Shown here piece by piece: positions 1 to 9,289 of a DNA stretch of 64,000 bases (within the stretch, counting starts at the first letter, position 1; the number at the start of each line of letters is the position of its first letter). The notes beneath the pieces are model-generated. The model was given only the letters and a program-made list of their open reading frames with translations. It had not been told where the DNA came from and made no database searches. The DNA comes from Alphaproteobacteria bacterium (GTDB taxonomy: Bacteria > Pseudomonadota > Alphaproteobacteria > UBA828). The position numbers were made by a program, and so were the translations under genes. The DNA is taken from NCBI GenBank assembly GCA_965214705.1, contig OZ243972.1:864001-928000 (forward strand), read 5' to 3'.

Positions 1-504
1 GAGAAATTGACGTACATCCAAAGTGTACGCGTCTTCAAATGTTTTTCCTCTTAAGTTTTGCCACTTAACCACAACTTGAAATGGTCGCAATGCGTTCTTC
101 GCTCGGTCTTCTCCTGTTCCAAACAATCTATGGTCGCCAAACAGCATCTCCGTTCTTTCTCCCTGAAGTAGGAAGCCATGGGGTTTTCGATTCGGCTCAT
201 TTCTCAGCACAATACGGTCGTAATGATGTTCCTCGAGAATAAGTTCGAAATCAATTTCTCTTGCGGGTCCACGCCCCACATTCGCCAACACGAGATTGGT
301 AAAGGGCTGGAGTGGGTCAGCCGCCAAGTAAGCGACCACTTCGGGTTCAGTCCCCACTTTGGCCAATTTTCTGTTATCGCATATGAGGCGCCATGTCAGT
401 ACGGCCGTGACTACTGCCGATATCGCAATTATCGCCGTCGAGATGACTGTAACGAGTTGTGAGTAGGGCAAAAGGCAGGTCTCAACGGCTGCATTTATGT
501 CCAT
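1..504 (-). CDS. Hypothetical membrane-anchored protein, runs off the window edge (3' end missing)
   Basis: Not in the ORF track. Manual translation from ATG 504 is open to base 1: MDINAAVE...VISTAIIAISAVVTAVLTWRL (one TM helix)...LANVGRGPAREIDF...TLDVRQFL. Clearly lower GC than the rest of the window. Confidence 0.75.
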   Translation of the reverse strand, partial: MDINAAVETCLLPYSQLVTVISTAIIAISAVVTAVLTWRLICDNRKLAKVGTEPEVVAYLAADPLQPFTNLVLANVGRGPAREIDFELILEEHHYDRIVLRNEPNRKPHGFLLQGERTEMLFGDHRLFGTGEDRAKNALRPFQVVVKWQNLRGKTFEDAYTLDVRQFL

Positions 505-691
505 CAGTAGTTTGTCTCCGGTTTATGCAACGACGCCACAGCTCTCGATATAGCTGGATGGTGTTGATCTAGCATTCGAGTCAGTGGTTGAGAGTGGGGA
601 CACACAAAGGCAGGTGGTCCGGTCGAGACGACGGACACAGCGGCCCACCCATGCCCTGTAGAAGATGCGGGGCTTCATCGGTGTCAGCTCT

Positions 692-2152
692 CTAGTATTT
701 CGTCCTTACGAACATACCGATCGTGCCATAGCATTGATAGCCAGTCCGCTTATGTTTGTGCTTGTTCAATGTCGCATTGTAAATTCTCTTGTTGAAGATC
801 TTCCCGCAAACGGTGCATTTGAAGACGTATGTTGGACCACTTGCAGCCCTGGAACCCACACTTCGGGGTGTTCTGCGTGCGGGTGAACGCCGCACGGTCC
901 GTGCGCGGCCCGCACTCAATGTGCTTTCAGCGCTGGACCTTGATGTCCTCGGAATGCTCTGAGGCCCCCATGGCGTTAGCTCGATTGGGTATCGCGGCGC
1001 GAATGGCGTTTGGGTGGGTTTGACTCCGAGAATGCTGTCGACCAAATAGCTGCGCGGCTGGCCGCTGTCCGCGCGTACGGCCATGAGCAATACGTCTCCG
1101 GCCTGTGAGCGGCGGAGCGAGTAGGCTTCGATCGCGCGTGTCGAACGATTGCCCTGCTTGTCGCGGTAGTCGATCTCCACGAGAAGGCGGTTTGCGGCAG
1201 CAAAGCGGATCATTTCGATGAGACTCTGCCCTCGGCTGCCTGCGGGCAAATCGAGTACACGCTCGCGGATGAGCGTGTCGCCGGCGCCGACAGGCATCGC
1301 CGCAAGCGGCTGAGCGACGGCGCCTTGGAGCCAATCGAAGATTTCCGGGAGCGCGTCCCAAAACGTCGTGACCGGGAGCAGCGCGGGGAGCTGGTGCTCC
1401 AGCATGTGAATCCAACCAGTCTCAAGTTCCGCACGGTGCGGCTCAAGGTCGGTCATGCGCGGAATGCTGATGCCCTTGAATTCACACTTGGCGCGCAGGA
1501 CTTCCATGAAGCGCTGCGATTCCGGACGTGCCTCGGTGTTCCGATACAGATGTACGACGTCATAGAGATCGCGTGGGCGCGTCCGTTCCGCGAGCGCTCT
1601 GAACTTCTCCGCGAACGCCTCCGTGTAATCGTAGGCCAGGACTTCGATGCCATCTTCCGGAGCATCGCTGTATGGATGGAAAATCTGCGCGTTGACCGGG
1701 GGGAGAACGATCCGCTCGTCGGCGGTCAAGTCAAGCTTGATGCGCGGGAGGGCGTGGGTCGATGAGACGGGGCCCTTGTAACTGATCTTGCCTTGGCACG
1801 AGAATTGACCCCGGGGGTTCTCGTAGATATCGAACTCCTGTTTGTCGGCCGGAATCTCAATGCCGGTTTGGTCGTAGATCCATTCACCAATTTCAGAAAA
1901 TGCGCCCTTCAAGAAGCTGGCGTCGAGATGCTGCGGTTCGCGGAGCGTGAAGTCGAGATCCTCCGAGAATCGATAGGTCTCGAAGAAGCACTTTTTCAGG
2001 CACGTGCCGCCTTTGAATATCCAACTCTCCGCGAGATCCTTGTGCCCATAGATGCCGGCGAGCATCCAGCCGAGAACATAGTCCTTCTCCACGACGTGCG
2101 GCGTGAGTGATGTCTGCTGGGCTATAGCAAGGATTTCGCGTTTGTCGATCAT
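692..2152 (-). CDS. abiEii: AbiEii/AbiGii-family nucleotidyltransferase toxin fused to a WYL domain and a C-terminal CCHC-type zinc finger
   Basis: NTase motifs FKGGTCLKK..YRFSEDLDF and EKFRAL..R.RPRDLYD. WYL-like segment AAANRLLVEIDYRD..GNRSTRAIEAYSL...RSYLVDSI. Tail C-x2-C-x15-H-x8-C. ATG at 2152 overlaps the abiEi stop (ATGA). Confidence 0.85.
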   Translation of the reverse strand: MIDKREILAIAQQTSLTPHVVEKDYVLGWMLAGIYGHKDLAESWIFKGGTCLKKCFFETYRFSEDLDFTLREPQHLDASFLKGAFSEIGEWIYDQTGIEIPADKQEFDIYENPRGQFSCQGKISYKGPVSSTHALPRIKLDLTADERIVLPPVNAQIFHPYSDAPEDGIEVLAYDYTEAFAEKFRALAERTRPRDLYDVVHLYRNTEARPESQRFMEVLRAKCEFKGISIPRMTDLEPHRAELETGWIHMLEHQLPALLPVTTFWDALPEIFDWLQGAVAQPLAAMPVGAGDTLIRERVLDLPAGSRGQSLIEMIRFAAANRLLVEIDYRDKQGNRSTRAIEAYSLRRSQAGDVLLMAVRADSGQPRSYLVDSILGVKPTQTPFAPRYPIELTPWGPQSIPRTSRSSAESTLSAGRARTVRRSPARRTPRSVGSRAASGPTYVFKCTVCGKIFNKRIYNATLNKHKHKRTGYQCYGTIGMFVRTKY

Positions 2153-2958
2153 TGCGTTTCCTTGAGAGCCCAGCGCTGCGGCACGCGCAGGCGCCATTTT
2201 GTCACGACGAGCGGCCCATCCTGGGCAGGATCGAGCTTCGCATGACCGCCGCTCAGATGCTGCTCGCAAAGCCGGCCCAGTTCAGCACCGCCAGGAAAGC
2301 GCTCGGCCAGAAACCCGAGGCGCTTGAAGACAGCGCCGTTGCCGAGGCGCACTGCGTGGTCGACGAGCTTCTCGTCGTCACGATCATCGCGTCGCAGATA
2401 GGCAGCGAGGCAGTCGGATATGTGCTGGATGCCGCCACCGATCGCCGGATCGTCGAGCATGTCGATGATCGTTCGGTGCACGTCGGAGACGGGCACTCGC
2501 GTCTGATGACGCCAGACATGCTTCGTGCCGAAGATCTTCCGCTCGTGGATGTGCTTCAGCGAAAAGAGCGTGCCGTGCCGCTCCTGGCGCTTCTGGCGCA
2601 CCGGCTGTGCGGTCATCACGAAGATATCCTTGAAGATCTGTTCGGTCAGGTCCCAGTGCTCGGCTGCCGTGCGGCCGCCGATGTAGGCTGGAGCGAAGAG
2701 TGCGGGAACGAGCACCCAAGGGTCATCGAGGACGCGATCTGAGCCCATGGTGTCGATGGAAGCGGCGACATAGGCACCACGACCCACTCGTCTCAGCCAT
2801 CCCTGCTCAACCCAGCGGGACAGACGTTGGGCGGCGCCGGTACGGTCGAGCTGGAGGGCAAGCACCACGTCATCGACATAAATCACGTCGCCGGCGGTGG
2901 ACAGCACCCGGACAAGCTGCGCGCGTCCTCGGGGGAGGTGGGGCATGCTTTCTTCCAT
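2149..2958 (-). CDS. abiEi: AbiEi-family type IV antitoxin / transcriptional regulator
   Basis: N-terminal wHTH (LSRWVEQGWLRRVGRGAY), AYIGGRTAAEHWDLTEQI, SDVHRTIIDMLDDP..GGG, KRLGFL. Translationally coupled to the downstream toxin. Confidence 0.85.
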   Translation of the reverse strand: MEESMPHLPRGRAQLVRVLSTAGDVIYVDDVVLALQLDRTGAAQRLSRWVEQGWLRRVGRGAYVAASIDTMGSDRVLDDPWVLVPALFAPAYIGGRTAAEHWDLTEQIFKDIFVMTAQPVRQKRQERHGTLFSLKHIHERKIFGTKHVWRHQTRVPVSDVHRTIIDMLDDPAIGGGIQHISDCLAAYLRRDDRDDEKLVDHAVRLGNGAVFKRLGFLAERFPGGAELGRLCEQHLSGGHAKLDPAQDGPLVVTKWRLRVPQRWALKETQ

Positions 2959-2978
2959 ATCCCCAGCTTAGCGTAAAG

Positions 2979-3063
2979 TGCGAATTTTAACAATCAGAAC
3001 AAAAGGAGTGGGCAATTCATTCGCTTTCAACAATTCGCAAAAATCGTGAATTAGGGTAATTCA
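2979..3063. promoter_or_regulatory. AT-rich abiE promoter region with inverted repeats (candidate AbiEi operator)
   Basis: TGCGAATT (2979-2986) pairs with AATTCGCA (3032-3039). Palindrome TGAATTA-GGG-TAATTCA at 3047-3063. Directly upstream of abiEi. Confidence 0.4.
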
Positions 3064-3125
3064 GGAAATCCCGGACCGAAGCCAGCCTTTCTGGCTGCCG
3101 GGTTCACACTCAGTGTTGCGGTCGC

Positions 3126-3443
3126 CTAAAGATCATGAAGTCCAGTGTAGGGCATGTCGACATAAATGCTGTCACCATGCGCACGCGTGTACATTCCATT
3201 CTGGTTGAGAAGCCGTTCCAAGACTTCGATCAACGGATCATAGATTTTCAGGTCGCTCCATTCCTCAAGATCGAAGAATGGCTGGACTGCGTCTCGACAG
3301 GCATCAAGCACCCATCCCGAGGGGTAGCCAGCGAGATCCCTGAGCTTGGCGCGGTAGCGAGCTGCGAGTTCGGGATGATCGTCCGCGTTCGCCTCAACCC
3401 AGTCAGCATGACCGAGGCCATATCCGATCGCTTGGAATAGAAA
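3126..3443 (-). pseudogene. 3' remnant (~105 codons) of an unknown gene cut by the IS1595 element
   Basis: Open frame FLFQAIGYGLGHADWVE...IYVDMPYTGLHDL* runs up to the IS end at 3444. Confidence 0.55.
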
Positions 3444-4250
3444 GGCTCAATTCGTGAAACGTATGCACCGTGATAGAATCGCTCCCGATTCGCATTGGGG
3501 GTCAGAGAGATGGATCACGAGCGGTTTCGGGACTGGTTCTCGCGTGTCGATGAGTTGACGGCGTCGCAGCGCAAGGAGGTCGCGGCGGTGCTGTCGGACC
3601 CGCCGGAGGGCGCGGCCTCGCTGGCAGCGATCGAGCTGGGCGTGGATGACGAGCGGCGCTGTCCGCATTGCGGCGCCGGCGGGGCGGTGTCGCGGGGCAA
3701 GGCGCGCGGTCTTCGCCGCTTCCGGTGCAAGGAGTGCGGCAAGACCTTCGGTGCGCTCACGGGCACGGCACTGTCCGGGCTTCACCACAAGGAGCGCTGG
3801 CTGGCCTTTGGCGCGTCGCTTGCCGAGGGCGAGACGATCAAGGAGTCTGCCGCGCGCTGCGGGATTGCGCCGAGCACGGCGCATCGCTGGCGCCACCGCT
3901 TTCTGGCGGCGGTGCGTCAGGCGCCGGACCGGCTTGCCGGGATCGTCGAGGCGGACGAGACGTTCGTCCTTGAGAGCCGGAAGGGCGAACGGAAGCTGGA
4001 GCGCAAGCCGCGCCGGCGCCGCGGCAAGGCCCGCAAGCGCGGGCTCTCGCGCGAGCAGGTGCCGATCCTGGTCGCCGCCGACCGTGCCGGCGCGACCCTC
4101 AGCCGTACCCTGCCCGCTCTCAACGCAGACAACGTGAAGGAGGTGCTGGAGCCGGTCCTCGCCCCGGATGCGCTGCTGGTCTCCGACGCCAACCGCTGCT
4201 ATCCGCCCGTCGCGGCGGCGCTCGACATCCCTCACGAGAGCATCAACGCG
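3444..4250 (+). mobile_element. Truncated IS1595-family element (transposase from ATG 3510, C-terminus lost)
   Basis: Putative end GGCTCAATTC at 3444. Zinc ribbon CPHC...CKEC, HTH, VEADETF, LVSD. Similarity stops after HESINA, the last catalytic region is missing, and no right IR is seen. Confidence 0.8.
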
Positions 4251-4466
4251 TTCGAGGGTTTCAGCTTCGCGACTGCCGGGGAGATGGAGGGTGCACCGGG
4301 CAGGGCGCTCGATCACATCGCCCATACGCCGGACCTGACGCCGGCCGGCGGCATCGGGTTGTGGCCCCGGGAAGACCGTCACGACAATCGCCTGTCCGGC
4401 CGCTTCGGAGTATGGGGCGACTTCGCCTTCGGCGCGACCGGCAGGCGGCTCGCAAGGTGGGCTTGA
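4251..4466 (+). pseudogene. Probable C-terminal remnant of an endonuclease/exonuclease/phosphatase (EEP) protein, fused in frame to the truncated transposase
   Basis: LDHIAHTPDL...RLSGRFGVWGDF resembles the EEP C-terminal DHI...SDH.GV pattern with SDH degenerated. Confidence 0.4.
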
Positions 4467-4684
4467 GGATTGTCTCGTCATTGCCGGAGGGAGCGTGCCG
4501 GACCGGCGTGTCCGATGGTGGCCGTTCCCGGATCGATGGTGACTTGGCGGGATGGCTGAATTCCGGGAGGGGCAACCGACGGCTTCGGGTTGACGCGGCC
4601 GGTCAGCGCGAGACCGTCTTGCCCGGGATTTAGTCCTTCTGCCGGGCTTGAACGCAGTCGGGAATCTTCCCATCCTGGTGCTGG

Positions 4685-6715
4685 ATGGTTCTATGGTCGT
4701 CAGTCCGCGTCGAGCAGCGCATGCGCGCCGGCGGGCGACTGGAGTCTCGCACGGAGGAAAGGTCGATCCTGGTGCAACCCATCGCTTGCGTGCCGGAGGC
4801 GGCCGAGGAAGACGGCCTCCAGCCGACGGTGCTGCCGGAGTTCGTGACGCCGGACTGGCTGAAGGACAACCACCACCTGATGAGGGCCGACCTGCGGAAG
4901 CTCGCGTCGGCGATGGCGGAGGACTATTCGGACTGGCCGGCGGCGGTGGACGGCAGCGACGACGCGGCGTTCTGGCGCGCCGTTCACACCCTTGCGCAGC
5001 GCTGGGCGTGGTTCCTGTGGCTGTTCGAGGAGCGGATCCTCGAACTGTTCGGCCGGGTCAAGGGGCGCAAGAAGCAGCTCGGCCGGCTGGTTCTCAAGTC
5101 GGCCTCCGAGCGGGCGCAGGCGCTGCGGCCCGCCGTGCCGGGTGTCGCCGAGGATTTCATCCTCGACCATTTCGAGACGCTCTGGGAGGAGGGGGAGCGC
5201 GAACTGGTCGCGCAATCGGTCTGGGTCCTGTGGTGCACCGGAGGCCCCGAGTCCCGCTACATGATGTCATCCTGGCTGGAGGAGCCCGAGATCGAGCGCC
5301 TGGTGGGGCATGCGGTCCATCGCAGCCGCTTCCGGGGCCTTGGCGAGCGCGACGATCTGGTGGATCGGCTGGCCTGCGAGGCGGGCGGGCCGCATCTGGA
5401 GAGGCTGGCCGCGCGCGCCGACGACGACTGCGCCCTGCTGCGCAAGGACATGGCCGATGCCTACAGCCGGCTGAAGACGTATGTCACCGAGCATGACGAA
5501 GCGTCGGCGAGCCTTTTGTCGTACCTGGTTCTTGAGTTTGCAGCGCTCGCTGACGAGCTTGCCGAGATCGAGACCGCGCGGAACCTGGCCCTTGCGCGCA
5601 GCCGCCACGGCGCCCTGCGCTCGCTGCTGGAGGGAGCCGTCGGGGCGGCGGGGCAAACGGCGCCTGCCGAGGAGGCGGTTGCGCTGACGGGGCGAATCGA
5701 AGCGCTGTTGCGGGACACCGCCCTGCCGCGCTGCATCCCCGACCCCGAGTGGGAGAACTGCCGTGAGCAGGCGGAGCGCTTCCGCAGCGCGATCGTCGAG
5801 CCGGGCGCGCACGAGCTTGCCCTGCGAGAGGCGTCCGGCCGCTACGCTGAGAACCCCAGCGCGGAGAACCTCGAGGCGCTGCACGCGGCGGCCTCGGCCG
5901 AGCGCGAACACCCGCGTTCGCTCGAGCCGGCGAAAGAGGCGCTGGACGAGGTCACCGCCTGTCTCGGCGATCTCGTGCAGCGTTTCGGTTCCCTGGCGAA
6001 CCGCGACGGAGCGGAAGAGGAGGAGGTCGACGGCAGGGAGGCGTTCGGCGGCGGGACGCGTGATCACGAGCGCGCGCTGCGCGCCGAGATCGGCGATCTG
6101 AAGGCTGCGAACCGGACGGCGGAGGAGCGGATTGCGGCTCTCGAGCAGGCTCTGGCCGACGCCGGGGCGGAAAACGACGGGCTGCGGCGCGAGAAGCACC
6201 GGCTGCAGCAGCGGCTCGCCGCCATCGATGGCGCACGGGATCCCTCCCCGGCGGAAGACGAGACCGTGCCTGCGCTTGAGAGCTACGCCGATCTTCCGTC
6301 CTGGGCGGAGCGGTATTTTCAGGGGCGCGTGGTGCTCGCCGGACGCGCGCTCAGGGCGCTCAAGAGTGCGGGGTTCGAGGACGTGGCTCTCGTCGGCAGG
6401 GCGATCGAGGTGCTGGCAGGAAGCTACTGGCGGATGAAGACCGGCGGCGGCGGCAAGGCGCTGCGCGATGCCTTCGAGGGCGAGCTGCGTGAACTGCGGC
6501 TGCAGGAGACGCGGAGCATCAGCCGGGACCGGCAGGGCAAGGCGCGCGACGATTTCTCGATCGAGTGGGACGGCCGCAGGCTCATGCTGGATCGCCAACT
6601 GAAGAACAACACGAAGACGCGCGATCCCAGGCACTGCCTTCGTGTGTATTTCACCTGGGACGAGACGACCCGGCAGGTCGTGATCGGCCACCTTCCCGGA
6701 CACATGAGAACATAG
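4685..6715 (+). CDS. Large hypothetical protein: helical N-terminus, coiled coil, C-terminal RelE/ParE-like domain
   Basis: 676-aa ORF. Heptad region LRAEIGDLKAANRTAEERIAALEQAL...LQQRL. C-terminus LDRQLK...DPRHCLRVYFTWD....QVVIGHLPGHM resembles RelE-superfamily beta strands. Confidence 0.65.
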   Translation: MVLWSSVRVEQRMRAGGRLESRTEERSILVQPIACVPEAAEEDGLQPTVLPEFVTPDWLKDNHHLMRADLRKLASAMAEDYSDWPAAVDGSDDAAFWRAVHTLAQRWAWFLWLFEERILELFGRVKGRKKQLGRLVLKSASERAQALRPAVPGVAEDFILDHFETLWEEGERELVAQSVWVLWCTGGPESRYMMSSWLEEPEIERLVGHAVHRSRFRGLGERDDLVDRLACEAGGPHLERLAARADDDCALLRKDMADAYSRLKTYVTEHDEASASLLSYLVLEFAALADELAEIETARNLALARSRHGALRSLLEGAVGAAGQTAPAEEAVALTGRIEALLRDTALPRCIPDPEWENCREQAERFRSAIVEPGAHELALREASGRYAENPSAENLEALHAAASAEREHPRSLEPAKEALDEVTACLGDLVQRFGSLANRDGAEEEEVDGREAFGGGTRDHERALRAEIGDLKAANRTAEERIAALEQALADAGAENDGLRREKHRLQQRLAAIDGARDPSPAEDETVPALESYADLPSWAERYFQGRVVLAGRALRALKSAGFEDVALVGRAIEVLAGSYWRMKTGGGGKALRDAFEGELRELRLQETRSISRDRQGKARDDFSIEWDGRRLMLDRQLKNNTKTRDPRHCLRVYFTWDETTRQVVIGHLPGHMRT

Positions 6716-6941
6716 CCTGCACCGGCCTCCGATGGGGGATTATATACTTGACTGAATGGGCGGCTGATAAATCAGCCGTCTCTTCTTAGGACAGAAGCCA
6801 GCCACCAACTCAATCGGTGAAAGAGCCGCCGGCGCTCGGTGAGGTGGTTGACAATCTTGCCGCGCGTCCCCGGCGCGCGGCGCACCTTCCCCTGGTTCGC
6901 CAAGTGAATACATTCTCCGTTCACGTGGTTGCGTCCCATGC

Positions 6942-9289
6942 CTCTCAACTACCCACTGTTGAGTCAGTCCCATTCTTGATCATGTCCAAGTCCTTCAAGG
7001 CACGGTAGGTGATGGTGGCGTGTCGCAGGTAGACATAGCCTTTCCAGAGCAGTTGGGTTCCCGGCAGAGGCTGGTGTTTTCGTGGATCGAAGCCAGCGAA
7101 CCTTGCGACGTCGATGACGAAGGTGCGGATATCCGGGGGCTTGTCTGGCGGCGGGCGGGCTCGAACCATGCCGTAGGCCATCAGCCTGATGTAGAGGATG
7201 GCGATTTCGTCGTCGGAGACGATGTGGTTGGCCGGAATGTCCGGCGTGTCGCGCGCGATCCGTTCGAGATCGAAGACGTGGCAGGCGGTGATGGCATCGA
7301 AGGCGACGCACTTTCGCAGGTCATCGGCGTGGTCGAGCTTTCGGTCCTCGACGCGGGTGCCGGTCTTCAGGACCTTGAAGTACTCCTCGATGGTCCATCG
7401 GCGCTCGTACCAGGTGACGACGGTCTGGGCGGTCTCGGCGTCGGCGCTGCCCTCGGTGCTGAACAGCAGCCAGTTGAGCGGGTCCTTGCCGGCGGGCGGG
7501 TTGGGTTCGGTCGCGGACACGGCGAGCACGTCGACCGGCTCCGGGCTCTCGGCGTCGCGCGGTGGCGCCAGGCTGACCCTGGCGGCGCGCAGCTCGAGCG
7601 TTGCCGTACGCCTGGACCGCGCCCGCTTGCCGCCGCAGGCGCCGATCTCCACGGTCTTGCCGGCAAGGCGCGGGAGAGCGGCGACATGCTTCCACAGGTC
7701 CTCCTTCTCGCCGGTCTCCAGGATGACCTTTCGTCGCCGCGAACGGTTCGCGCGCACGAGGAGCCCGGCGCCTTGGGACACCGCAGTTTCGAGCAACGCC
7801 CAGATGTCGGCTTCCCGGTCGCAGACCGTGACCACCTGTGTCGCGGGACAGGCGCGGGCCAACTCCTGCGCGCGGTCGTGCCCGTGCTCCCAGCGCACGC
7901 TCTCCCTGTCCTCGTCATTGCCGTCGCGGAAGGTCGCATCGAGCGCGAACACGCCGAGCGGCCGCCCGGCCACGTTGACCGCCAAGCCGACATGCGCCAC
8001 CAACCCGCAGGCGCCCTTGCCGCCGCCGCCCACCCCGACGAGGCCTTCGGTCGCCGCGAGCCCGTCGTAGTTCAGCGTGGTGGTGTCCTGGATCGCGAGA
8101 ACGATGTCCTCAAGCTGGCAGCGCTCCACCATCGTTGCCTGGTGCGGCTCCAGGATGTGCTCCATGCTCACCTTCCCGCTCGACAGCAGTCGGTAGGCCG
8201 CCTTGCGATCCGGCTTGGCCGGAAAGATCGCCGGGATCGCGGCCCCCGGGCGCTCCAGCCACGCCCGTCCCATGCGCTCGATCCGATCGCGGACCCGGCC
8301 GTCAGGATGCGTGCTGCGCGCATATTCCCGCCCCGCCCAGTCCGTGTCCTCGTCCATGTGCAACGCCGGCGCCGCACGGATATCCCGCGCCGGCTCGGCG
8401 CACAAGATGGCCTGCCAATCCGCCGCCAGCGGCTTCATCCACACCGTCCGCGCCGCCCCGGCGGCGGACCCCGGCGGCTGGCCCGAGGTGTGCTGGGGAC
8501 AGCACCGCCAGCCCGCCGCCCGGTAGCAGGTGCCGGCATGCTCGGGGCCGACATAGCTGTAGGCCAGGACCGGGCGCGCGGTGTACGCCGCCTCCCAGTC
8601 TCCCGCCACGCGGCCGGCCGCCAGCTCCAGCACCCGCGAGGCCAGACCGTGGACGCGCACGCCGGGCAGAAGCAGGAAGCGATGGTTGTTGATCGCCAGC
8701 GGCAGGTTCAAAGCCCGCGCGTCCGCCGACCAGCCGATAAAGTCGTCGCGCGCCTTCTGGTGCCAGCTCGCGGCGCAAAACCCGATGCCGCCGAGGCGGC
8801 CATGAAGCGAGGAACGCACCCAGTAGCGCAGCTGCCCGCCCGGAGCCCGCGCCCAGCCCTGCGGGTGGTGCGTTGCAATCATCGCTTGCCACAGGCGCCG
8901 CTCGGCATCGCCGTCGACCAACTCCAGCGTCACCGAGCCCAAATCCGTGAGCCGACAGCGAAGCGAGAGATCGGGGAAGGCTTCGATGGCCGCACCCTCG
9001 CGACGCCCCCGGCCGAACGCCGCCCGCGCCGCCGGCAGCGCGAGCCCCAGCTTGTCCGCCAGAACCGGCAGAGCCTTGCGCGCCGACGCAAGGCAGTGCT
9101 CGCCCCGATCGCCGGTCCAGTCCTCCAGCGCGCAGAGATCGCGGGCAAGAGAACTGCGAGTGCGGCCCTCCTCCAGGACCGCCTTGCTCAACCACTCGAT
9201 CGTGTCGGCGTGAAACTGGTGAAGGCCAACTTGCATGGCCCGATATGTATGCTGGGCCGCTCATTGAGTCAACTGTGGACCGGTGTGAG
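6942..9289 (-). mobile_element. Complete IS4-family (IS50/Tn5-like) element with a 9-bp target duplication
   Basis: TSD GTCCCATGC at 6933-6941 and 9290-9298. Imperfect IRs CTCTCAACTACCCACTGTTGAGTCA / CTCACACCGGTCCACAGTTGACTCA. Confidence 0.9.
6945..9236 (-). CDS. DUF4338 (DruA/Mom-like) domain fused to an IS4/Tn5-type DDE transposase
   Basis: N-terminal half: GQLRY, NNHRFLLLPGVRVHGLASRVL, GTCYRAAGW. C-terminal half: KAAYRLL, IQDTTTL, VCDREAD, YERRWTIEEYFKVLKTG, PGTQLLWKG. Confidence 0.88.
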   Translation of the reverse strand: MQVGLHQFHADTIEWLSKAVLEEGRTRSSLARDLCALEDWTGDRGEHCLASARKALPVLADKLGLALPAARAAFGRGRREGAAIEAFPDLSLRCRLTDLGSVTLELVDGDAERRLWQAMIATHHPQGWARAPGGQLRYWVRSSLHGRLGGIGFCAASWHQKARDDFIGWSADARALNLPLAINNHRFLLLPGVRVHGLASRVLELAAGRVAGDWEAAYTARPVLAYSYVGPEHAGTCYRAAGWRCCPQHTSGQPPGSAAGAARTVWMKPLAADWQAILCAEPARDIRAAPALHMDEDTDWAGREYARSTHPDGRVRDRIERMGRAWLERPGAAIPAIFPAKPDRKAAYRLLSSGKVSMEHILEPHQATMVERCQLEDIVLAIQDTTTLNYDGLAATEGLVGVGGGGKGACGLVAHVGLAVNVAGRPLGVFALDATFRDGNDEDRESVRWEHGHDRAQELARACPATQVVTVCDREADIWALLETAVSQGAGLLVRANRSRRRKVILETGEKEDLWKHVAALPRLAGKTVEIGACGGKRARSRRTATLELRAARVSLAPPRDAESPEPVDVLAVSATEPNPPAGKDPLNWLLFSTEGSADAETAQTVVTWYERRWTIEEYFKVLKTGTRVEDRKLDHADDLRKCVAFDAITACHVFDLERIARDTPDIPANHIVSDDEIAILYIRLMAYGMVRARPPPDKPPDIRTFVIDVARFAGFDPRKHQPLPGTQLLWKGYVYLRHATITYRALKDLDMIKNGTDSTVGS

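Noticed and set aside
6945-9236. Druantia defence system
   Set aside because: DUF4338 lies inside an IS and is fused to a transposase; no DruE helicase or other dru genes are present.
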